Assembly (NCBI GenBank): GCA_950097015.1
Contig: CATNEN010000037.1
Coordinates: 3,844,001 to 3,908,000, forward strand
Source of the DNA: Macrostomum hystrix
Taxonomy: Eukaryota; Animalia; Platyhelminthes
Direction of reading: 5' to 3'
DNA: 64,000 nt
Part shown: positions 1 through 10,700 of the stretch, piece after piece
How positions within the stretch are numbered: the first letter of the stretch is position 1
How the letters are laid out: the number at the start of each line of letters is the position of its first letter
The notes under the pieces: model-generated
The model's input: the letters and a program-made list of their open reading frames with translations, nothing else
Database searches by the model: none
What the model was told of the DNA's origin: nothing
Position numbers and translations under genes: made by a program

Positions 1-8
1 TCTCGCGC

Positions 9-3000
9 ATGGAGGAGGAGGAGTTTATCGGCCTCGAGCTGCAGGCGGCCGCTGTTTCAACCGCTGCGGCCGGCCTCGAGAGCAGCGGACGCGAAGATTC
101 GCCAAACATTGCGGCTATCGTCAGCGAGGCCGAGGCCGACATCTTCAGCCGGCCCACTGTCCTGGCGTCCCAGGTTAATGTCGATGCCGACACTCTCGCC
201 ACGCCGGTTGCCTCAGTCAAGCCAGAGGAGGCCGCCCATTCAGATATCGACAGTGTCGAGCAACTGAAGCATCAACTGGCTGACGAAGCCAGCGAAGTCC
301 GACGCTTGGCCTCTCTGTTGATTGTGAAATGTTCGCCGACTATGGTGGAGTCCGAGACCCAGACTGAGGCGGCAAGTTCCAAGGACTGTACCAGTGTTCA
401 GTGTCAGACGGAGATTCAGCAAGACATCGCATTGGAATATCGCCTGATGGAAGCTGAACAGCGAGCTGCGGAGGCAGAAGCCGAACTGGTTGCTAGAGGA
501 ACTGCTGTTGACAGGGTGAAGTCTCTCCAAGACGAATTGATTGAGGTTAAAGAGGATCTAGAAGTAACAGAGCAGCAGACAATGGACCTGCTGGAAGAAT
601 TTGATGCGGCAGCTTGCGCGACTGAAGATAAGACTCGACTAGCTGAGGCGGAGTTGCGCATTAAAGAATTGGAGTCACTGGTTGCAGAAGCAGAATTGTC
701 TCTTTTAAAGGCCGATGCGCGGGTCACGGAATTAGAAGAGCGAGCAAGCAAAGCGGAGACTAGCGCGGCGGAGGCGAATGCTCGAGCCTTGCAAGTTGAA
801 ACCCGCGCCTTGGAGGCTGAAGCTTGCATCGCCGAGGTCAACTCTCGAGCCGGAGACTTAAATTCAATCCACGACTCTGATGCGGATGAGCCGAATCGTA
901 CAGCCGCCATATCAGAAGCTACCGGCGGCGCCTCAGAAGCTGAAACCCGTGCTTCAGAGGCGGAATCACGTGCTTTGGAAGCAGAAAAACGTGCTTCGGA
1001 AGCTGAAGTCCGTGCATTAGATGCTGAAAACCGCTTGTCGGAGGCTGAAATCCGAGCTTTAATTGCCGAAACCCGTGCAACAGAAGCTGAACACCGCGCT
1101 TCAGAATTTGAAAAGCAGACTTTGACGACTAAAACATGCTGTTCTGAGGCTGAAACCCGTGCATTAGAAGCTGAAACCCGTGCATCAGAAGCTGAAATTC
1201 GTGCATCAGAAGCTGAAATTCGTGCATCAGAAGCTGAAATTCGTGCATCAGGAGCTGAAACTCGTCAATCTGAGGCTGAAACCCGTGCATCAGACGCTGA
1301 AACCCGTGCATCAGACGCTGAAACCCGTGCATCAGAAGCTGAAACTCGTCAATCTGAGGCTGAAACCCGTGCATCAGACGCTGAAACCCGTGCATCTAGG
1401 GTTGAAATCCGTGTATATGAAGCTGAATCTCGGGCCTCTGAGGCTGAAATCCGTGCATCTGAGGCTGAAACTCGTCAATCTGAGGCTGAAACCCGTGCAT
1501 CAGAAGCGGAAATTCGTGCATCAGAAGCGGAAATTCGTGCATCAGAAGCTGAAACCCGTGCATCAGAAGCTGAAATTCGTGCATCAGATGCTGAAACCCA
1601 TGCATCTAGGGTTGAAATCCGTGTATATGAAGCTGAATCTCGGGCCTCTGAGGCTGAAACCCGGGCATCTGAGGCTGAAACCCGGGCATCTGAGGCTGAA
1701 ACCCGGGCATCAGAAGCTGAAACTCGGGCATCAGAGGCTGAAACCCGTGCATCTAGGGTTGAAATCCGTGTATATGAAGCTGAATCTCGGGCCTCTGAGG
1801 CTGAAACCCGGGCATCTGAGGCTGAAAACCGGGCATCAGAAGCTGAAAACCGGGCATCAGAGGCTGAAAACCGGGCATCAGAAGCTGAAAGTCGCGCTGT
1901 GGAGGCGGAGGCGCGTATCGCTGAGGCCAGAGATCGCGGCGACGTCGCCTTGGACGACTCTGGCAGCCCTGTCAGCGGTCATCTTCGTGAGCAGCGGCGG
2001 CATGCCTGTGGCACCCTGTCTGACTCTGATGCCACGCTAATTCCATTGGAGCCGCCGCAGGAGCAGCTGCGCCGATTGGCTTGGACGGAGGCCCGACTTG
2101 CTGACGCTGAGGCTAGGGCGACGGCGGCGGCCGAGGAGTGCGACGCGATGCACGCCAAATTTGCCGAGCTGGCGTCTGCTGAGGCTGGCCTGCGCGAGGA
2201 GCTGGCCAATCTGCGGCCGCTGCTTGAGGCCAGCGGACTGGAGGCCATCCGGCTGCAGGAGGAGAATGTCAGGCTTTCGGCTGAATTAGAGGAGCGAAGG
2301 TTTGCGCTAGTTTCTAGTATTGGTTACTAGTATTAACAGTAGGACTACCAAGCCATTTTGCCGCCCGTTTTTATACCAAGGGAAATTCCCCCCTGACAAA
2401 TTTTTGTTGGCAGCGCCCGAATGCTAACAGCGTTGGGTGGTGACTGTTTGGTTGACAGACTAGGCGATGGTGTCCTGTGGTTGAGTTGTGCCTAATATTT
2501 TGGCTTGAGCATTGAAATTTCAGGAATTCGCGTCAGGGTGTCCATAGTAGCTTAGTTCCACCTGTTGTAGCCCTTGAAGGTCCAGCAGTCTGTCTAGATA
2601 AAGGTAGGTGACCACCGAAGACGGAGATGATGCAGGCACATTCGGGTGTCATGCTGATCAATTTTGAAGGCCTGGCAAGGCCGCACTGAGGCGCAGTGCA
2701 AATTCGTGTATAGGGGTGTATGAAATACACTATCTCTTATGGGAAAAATCGGACCTTCGGCCAGAAACATTGAATATCTCGACGGTCTGAAGAGCTGGCG
2801 ACTTGTTTCTTGTTTCAGAAGATGCGCAACAAAAATTTGGACTGCGTTCAAGAGTTTCGTGTGCTTGCATTGTTCCGTTCGGGTGCAGCACAAAAATCCC
2901 TCCCTTGGTAGTTCTACTGTTAATGGTGGCCCAGTATGGTGGCAATAGCTGCGGCTGTGCCACTGCCTGTACATCTGGCCCAACTGGGTATCTGAGTATC

Positions 3001-5437
3001 TTGGCTAATATAGTATGTACTTAAACTGGCTCCGTCAAACCCTCGCACCCGCAGGGAGCGCGCCAACAAGTACTGGTCGGAGGGCCGCCGCGGAGTTGTC
3101 AACGCTGAGGTTGTTCGCCTTCAATCTGAGCTGGACGAAGCCCTCGGCCAGCTGGCCAGGGAGCGAGCCGATCGAGTCCAGCTAATGTCCCTGGCTGAAG
3201 AGGAGAACGCCCGCCTGCTGGCCCAGATAGCCGAACTCGAAACCTCCGCGGCCCGACCGTCTGTCGCTGCTCCGCCTCCGCCGCCGATTCTGCCGCCGCA
3301 GTCGCAGCAGCGTCAGCCAGCCTCTAGGCAGGCCTGGACTCAGACGTTCTCAGGCAGCGAGTGGAATGCTAAAGTGTGCGCGTCAACTATGACCTGCCCG
3401 TCGCTGACTGGTCCGCAGCGGCAGGCTGCGGTGCAGACAGACCACATTCAGGATGATCGGGCCTCCGCTGAAAGTCAGACTAATATTGACCTAGCCGAGC
3501 TGCACCGTTTGCAGTCGCTGGAAGCGGCGCTGACCGACTCTGAGGCCACCGCTGACGGTCTGCAGACTCGTTTAGCCGAGGCTAACGAGCAGCTACTAGC
3601 CGAGCGTCGCCGTGTCGCCGTCGCCTTCAAAGACATCGCCGCCCTTTACGAACTGGCCGACGCAAAGAAGCGAGAGCGGGACCGCATGGCCGCCAGCTAT
3701 AGCAGGGCGCATCGAATGTGCCGCCGGGCCATAGACAAAGCTGCCGGCCTGAAGGCGAGGCTGCAAATTCAACTCGCCGAAGGCCGGGTGGTTTCCATTG
3801 CTGAGTACGACAAGCTGATGTCCGGAGGCGGCGGTAGCGCCGGCGTCGGTGCCAGCAGTTCCAGCAGCGATGCAACTTCGTCCGCCACCGATGTAGCCGA
3901 GCTGCACCGCGAGCTGGCTGACGCCTCCGACGCTTTGGCGGATCTTCGTCGAACTTTGGATCGACGCGACCTAACCGACGGCTGCGGCAGAGCGGACTAC
4001 CGCGGCCTCTTGCTGACTGTCCTGCAGGCTGTCAGCTGCCGGGATCAAGGCGTGCGAGTGGACCTATTCCTTAGCATGGACTCGGTTGTCAAGTCGGAGC
4101 CGGATCTCAGGCGTGCCTTCTATGACGCAGTTGAAGCCGTCTCCGGTGCCGAGTACGAGCTGCGCCGCCTGAGCGATCGCGTTGAATCGCTGAAGGCCGA
4201 GCTCAACCAACTGGCCGAGGCGCCGCAGATTAATGACTCTCCGGCAGCTGCCGCCGCATCCGCCGCCTCTGAGCAGCGCTGCTCAGAGCTACTAGCCGAC
4301 GTTGAATCAGCCGTGGCTCGCGCCGCTGCTGCAGAGGGCCGATGCTCGGAGCTGCAGGCCGACGTCGAATTGGCGCAGTCGCGCGCCGCGGCAGCTGAAA
4401 GCCGCTGCTCGGACCTGCAGAAAGAATTATCGCTGGCCGTCGACGCTGCCGAATCGTTAAAGGCGGCAGCTGAACGCGATGCGGTCGAGTCGCGCAGTCG
4501 AGTTGATGAACTGCAGAGCCGCTGTCAGCAGTTGACAGCCGATCTGACTAAGCTGGACGAGAAGAGCGGCCGCCTTGGCCTGGCCATGTCCGCCATTGTG
4601 GAGCGAGCTCAGGCCTGTCAGCACTGCGCTCCCGTGGTTCGCCGTCACGTTGTGCCGTCGCGAAGCGGAGCCAGCAGCGTCGCCACAGACGATCAAAGCG
4701 GCAGCAACAAGCGGCGCTCCGCCTTAGGCGTTGCCGAGGAGCAAAGCGTCAGCAAGCGGCGCTCAGGCGGCTCTTACCGCCAGCCTCTGCAGCAGCAGTT
4801 GACGGTCCCCATGAAGCCAGATGAGGCTGTGGCAGTTCCAGTCGCTGCCGTAGCTTCGACTGCAGTGGCAACTCTGCATGGCAGCGACTGCAAGCTGAAT
4901 TCCGCCGCCGCCTCTGCACCGCCGGTTGTTCGCCAGTCGCAGCTGCTGCAGCAGCCGGCCTTACCTGCCAAGGAGACGCTTCCTGACTCCGCCGCCGCCT
5001 CTGCACCGCCGGTTGTTCGCCAGTCGCAGCTGCTGCAGCAGCCGGCCTTACCTGCCAAGGAGACGCTTCCTGACTCCGCCGCCGCCTTTATCGAACTGCC
5101 GATCAGGGACAGTAAGCTACGATCCTCCAGCAGCATTGCCATAGACGTTAGTAATTTCGCCTCCCTGCCGCTGCAGCAACGGCAGCAGCAGCAGCATTCG
5201 CCGCCTGTTCTAGATAGCAAGCCGGCCGGGCCGGCTGTAGAAGCTGACAAACTGAAATCCAAAGAGAATCGCAATCCCACCGGCTCCCTGACAGCTGCCG
5301 CCGCCGTCGCAGCGTCGACTGTGTCAAAACCTTCTCCCCCAGTTGAAGCATCCTCAGCTGGCGAGTCTGTCGATCCGGTGAACAAGTATAATTTGCCTGA
5401 ATCTGTTCGATCCGATCCCATGTGTCGGCAGTCGTAA
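9..5437 (+). CDS. Large two-exon coiled-coil protein (~1557 aa) with heptad repeat region; join(9..2299,3055..5437)
   Basis: ORFs 9..2330 and 3185..5437 join in frame. Donor AG|GTTTGC at 2299/2300 (phase 2) and acceptor CCCGCAG|G at 3054/3055 give ...ELEER-R-ERANKYW..., open into the 3185 ORF. E/A/R-rich coiled-coil composition. No family recognised. May extend upstream of the window. Confidence 0.8.
930..1900 (+). repeat. Coding 21-bp tandem repeat (GCTGAAACCCGTGCATCAGAA-like) encoding SEAETRA heptads
   Basis: About 45 imperfect units in frame within exon 1. The variant SRVEIRVYEAESRA recurs three times. Confidence 0.9.
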
Positions 5438-6197
5438 TTTTAAATTATGGGCAAAGCTTTTCTGTGCACTAATTTACTATTTCGACTAGCTTTTTAAGTA
5501 GTGTGCAATGCGATTCGCTTAATAATATTAGGATGACTGGCGGCCCTATCTAATCATTTGACTTAACAGATAATAATACTACTTTCATAAGTAGCATAGA
5601 TGGTTGTCTACTTAATATTTAGGCTAGCTCCTTGAAAAGTACAACTTTTCGTTTTTTTGTAATTTTGTGTTCTTTTCAAGCTTTTGGTCTGGTAAATAAG
5701 ATAATTAATTAAAAATCGATTCGCATTATTTGATATTTTTTTTACTTTATTGCATCTCTCGGAATTAAAATGCCAAACTTTATATAGACGAATAGCTTGT
5801 GCTGCCTGTAACTGCCACAGTAGGTCCTATTGTTTCACAGCTGATTGCATTCTTAATTTTTAAGTCCTCTTTATAATTTTTATGCATTTGTTGTGTACTA
5901 TCCTTCATTCTTGAAAGCCAGCCGCTGCTTTTTACACAAATCGGTGCTACCCTTCCACTTATTGCACATTTCGTAATTTTGTTTTAATTATCCAACTAGC
6001 AATAAAACCGCTTTATAGTTCTCTAGTTTAATAACAGAAACTTGAGTGAATGCAGGTTTTGTATCTGTAAAATTGTTTCTTGTGGAGCTGAATTGTGCTG
6101 TTTTATAGCTCATTTTCTGCCTCACTAACAACTGAGTTGGAATATTGCAAGTACAAGGTCATCACAATGGCCCCAGGTCTCAGCTCTGACCCCCAAG

Positions 6198-6792
6198 TAA
6201 GACAGGAGACCCACCTGTTAGACAGGAGACTGCCTGTTAGACAGGAGACCGTCTGTTAGGCAGGAGACCACCTGTTAGACAGGCGACCAACTGTTAGACA
6301 GGACACTACCTGTTAGACAGGAAACTACCTGTTAGACAGGAGACTACCTGTTAGACAGGAGACCACCTGTTAGACAGGCGACCAACTGTTAGACAGGAGA
6401 CTACCTGTTAGACAGGAAACTACCTGTTAGACAGGAGACTACCTGTTAGACAGGCGACCAACTGTTAGACAGGAGACTACCTGTTAGACAGGAAACTACC
6501 TGTTAGACAGGAGACTACCTGTTAGACAGGCGACCAACTGTTAGACAGGACACTACCTGTTAGACAGGAAACTACCTGTTAGACAGGAGACTACCTGTTA
6601 GACAGGAGACCACCTGTTAGACAGGCGACCAACTGTTAGACAGGAGACTACCTGTTAGACAGGAGACCACCTGTTAGACAGGAGACCACCTGTTAGACAG
6701 GAGACCACCTGTTAGACAGGAGACTACCTGTTAGACAGGAGACTACCTGTTAGACAGGAGACTACCTGTTAGACAGGAGACCACCTGTTAGA
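6198..6792 (+). repeat. Minisatellite, mostly 19-bp unit CCTGTTAGACAGGAGAC(C/T)A
   Basis: About 31 units read directly. Each contains the mini-hairpin CCTGT-TAG-ACAGG. Confidence 0.95.
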
Positions 6793-7770
6793 TTGCGTAC
6801 CTTGTTTCTTGTTTATTGTGTAGCTGGCTTGTGTAGCAATTGTAGCTCATTTTCTGCCTCTCTCCAACTGAGTTGAAATACTTCAAGTATAAGATCATCA
6901 CAATGGCCTCAGGTCTCTACTCGGGGCCATTAGTCTTCCCTCAATTTTCAGAAAACACTGCACTGGGCATGAGAAAAATTTGCTGTACTGCGAGTCTTCT
7001 TTGTCTCGTGAAAATTGAAAAAGGTCGAGTCAAGTTGAAGCGATTCTCAAGTGACTCCTCAACCTCGAATGTCGCCCTGCTACCAGTGCCGGCATTCTTA
7101 AGCTGGAAAATGTTCGATTGAGTGGAACTGGGTTGGAACACGGCTTCATCGCGTTTTTCACAACTTGTTGCAGCACCTGCACTGCAATATCATGCCCTGG
7201 TGCACCTTTGCCACTAACCCTGAAGCTTGTCCTGGTGGCGCGCACACACACACCAGTTAAAAGCGATTTTCCGTCACTTAGCAACCATAGCTGCTGTCTT
7301 AGCGCTACGCGTATGATATCATATGGGCATTGGAATGAAGCAGCTAGAAGCCATTTGCGGAACAAAAGCCTTATTTTCTCCTCTCTGCTGTCTCCTCCTC
7401 AACTCCCTGCCCTGCTACCTGCTCAGCAGCCCCTAAAAACTGTGACGGCTGGGGTGAATGAGAAACAGGTAAAAAGAAGGCAGTGACGAGGGCTGAGAGC
7501 GCAGGCAAATGAGTAGGGTAAGAGGGGAGCAGACGAGGGACAATGGCAGCAGCAGCCAGTGAGGCGTCGCCACCTGACAGGCAGGGGGGAGCGCTTGATA
7601 ATTCCGCTAAAACCAGCCGGCCTGAAAAAATGAGGCAAAAAAACAACACAGACACCATAGCTGCCACCATTATCTTCACGTATAGCGATACCTCTTCAAC
7701 TTTGTTAAGCAGCAGCAGCAGCAGCAGGCAGTGCTAGACGCAGGCCGCAGGGCTGGAACTAAGGCTAGAG

Positions 7771-10700
7771 ATGACATCGGACGGCTTGGAAGGCGATCGA
7801 ACTCGCGTCGTCATCAACATCAGCGGCACAAGATTTGAGACCTCCTACGGGGTGCTCGAGCGATTCCCGGGCACCCGGCTGTCACTGCTGGCCACCCTGA
7901 GACAGGACGACGAAGCCTTCGACATCGACCGGGGCGAGTTCTATTTCGAACGGCATCCCGAGGTGTTTGCAGACATCTTGCACTTCTATCGCACCGACGA
8001 ACTGCACATCAGGCATAACCTGTGCGGCAATGTGGTCAAGCGGGTCAGTCATTGGGACTCGCGTCTGCTTTGGGATCATACAATGGCATCTAGCGGGATA
8101 TTGTCAGGATGGGATCTAGCGGGATATTGTCCGGGTGGGATCTAGCGGGATATTGTCCGGGTGGGATCTAGCGGGATATTGTCCGGGTGGGATCTAGCGG
8201 GATATTGTCCGGGTGGGATCTAGCGGGATATTGTCAGGATGGGATCTAGCGGGATATCTAGCGGCATAACAGAATAATGTGGGCGGGGTCTATGGGGTTA
8301 AAACTTCATGACGCTATTCAGCAAAGAGAAGAATTGAAGAACTGAACTGAGTTTTAAGTTAGCTTTACTCACAAAACAAGCTGCTCTTCTCCCATTTACT
8401 CACTCATTTACTCACTGGGTTTTGAGAGCGAGAATGGGAAGCAGTCCCAGAGCTTCTCAAATATTTGACATCCCCAAACAAAGTGATCGTGAACTAAACA
8501 GGTTGGAAAACGACAGTCAGAAAGGCAGTTGCCCTTTTTATAAAATGAACCAGCATGACATCTGGACAAACATTATTCCCTTGTTTTGAGGACACTCCTC
8601 CGGGCAGCTACTGTTGCTGAAGGCTCCTTTTGTAAAATAAAATCACAAAATCACTGAAAAGAAGAGACTGCCCCATAAATTAACTGTATTTTATTCTAAT
8701 TAAGGTTTAAAGTTTTTTTGAGTGAATAATAATTAACCTTATTGTATAATTTTAACAAGAAATATTTATTGGCTGGTTAGAACTGATTCTAGCCGTCTTT
8801 TCCATTTTCCTGGAATAGTGTACATGCAAAATCTCATATTAGAAAGTAGCGAGCCCGCATATTAAAAATAGTCGCACCCTATTCACTGTCTCTTCCTTTT
8901 GACTTCATTGCGAGCCCCTTCAAACAGCCACCTCACCTAAGTTGCAAACTCTCTCCTCGCTCCCTGTCCCTCAAGCACCCACCTCACTCCCTGCCCCTTC
9001 AAACAGCCACCTCACTCCCCTAAGTTACACTCCTCGCCCACTGTCCCTCAAGCACCCACCTCACTCCCTGCCCCTTGAAACAGCCACCTCACTCCCCTAA
9101 GTTGCACTCCTCGCTCCCTGTCCCTCAAGCACCCCCCTCGCTCCCTGTCCCTCAAGCATCCACCTCACTCCCTGCCCCTTTAAGCAGCCACCTCACTTCC
9201 CTTAGTTGCACTCCTCGCTTCCTGTCCCTCAAGCCATCTCTTTCAGCCCTGCTGAAAGGCGGAAATTTCATCAAAACAGAACTGAAGAACAGAAGAGATA
9301 TCTCATACGCTATGTCGTAATGAAATTCCTTTATACTCGTGAATAACCCTACTATTTAGATGAAGAAGAACTTGTAAAAGTGCAACAATACAACTTCCTC
9401 AATCGCAGGAGTTCGAATTCTGGGGCATGTACGAGCAGGACATCGAGGCCTGCTGCTGGACGAGCTACAGCCAGGCAGCCGAGTGCAAAGAGACCCTGGC
9501 CGGCATCGACAACACCTTCCTGACTGGCCGCGCCGCCCAGAAGGAATCCTGGGAGTCTGAAACTGACCGCTGGATTCGATTCCGGCGTCGAGCCTGGGCC
9601 ATTCTTGAGGACCCGTCAACTTCTGTAGCCTCTCGGGTGAGCGGACAGCGCTTGGTGGGGAATGGCGGATTCCAGGAATTCCAGGAAGGCCCTATTTTTA
9701 CAGAACGTATCAATCTCCGAATTTTCTAAGCTTCTGAGTTTCCAATTTTCCGATTTTCCTCTGAGGGGTTGTCGCCTAGTAGAGCGTCGGACTCACGACT
9801 TGAATGTCGGAGGTTCGATTCCCGACTCCACTGGAACAATTTGTGTCCTTCAGCAAAACACTTAAATCTACATTGCTTCAGTATATCCAGCTATCAAATA
9901 GGTACCAGCGTTAGCTGGGGCAATTGAGGGCGCCTTCGCCTCCCAGTCCATGGACTGAACAGTCGTTTGCAGCCTTCAGATGCGCCGCGTAATAGCTGCG
10001 GCTGTGCTGTCGGCTGCACATCTAAATTGGGAAAACTAGGGCAGGTTTGTTTAATCATTGTTATTATAATTTTTCTCCTCAGTTTCCAATCTCCTGATTT
10101 TCCCACCTTCTATAATTTTCTAATTTCCCAGTATCTAAGTTTCCAAGCCCTTCCGCCAGTCGATTATGCGATTTTCGATCATAACTGTTGTTTGATTTGC
10201 TTTCAATTCCTAGACAATGCAGTCACAAAGTCTCAATGCAATCTGCACTTACTTTTTATGCATGTTGTCAGAAATTTGCTGCTTTAATGGGCACTGTCAG
10301 GAACTTATCGTACATTGCTATTGCTATACTGACACCTGACTGGGTCTATTGTGCTAATAATTCAGCTGGTTACAATGCAATATCACAGGATTGCTGCAAG
10401 TGCATGGTGAAGTACTCGTATTTCTATAGTAGAAAATTGTATAGAAATTGTTAAGTCTAAAACTTTTCTGAAATCCACTGCAAATCCCCTCACTTGTGTT
10501 TCTGTCGACTTCATCAACTGAATCGTTCTCATTGTCTTCTGCAATGCGTGTCAAACAATAGTGAATAAAGAGGAATATTACTGTGTCCGCACGATTTTTT
10601 AGTTTGCTGCTTAGCTGTCAGTTGTCAAGCTATCAAAGCCATCATTCACTACATGCTTTTGAAGCGTACTTTTTAGCTCAAAAAGGGGAAAAAAATGATA

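Noticed and set aside
2520-3000. Nested gene or cassette exon in intron 1 of gene 1
   Set aside because: Short ORFs without recognisable motifs and no phase-compatible donor. The 3' part is a SINE family-1 tail fragment (~2944-2985).
9764-9830. tRNA gene (also 16120-16187, 14780-14850, 46671-46735)
   Set aside because: A and B boxes are present, but there is no full cloverleaf and the sequence continues into shared SINE bodies.
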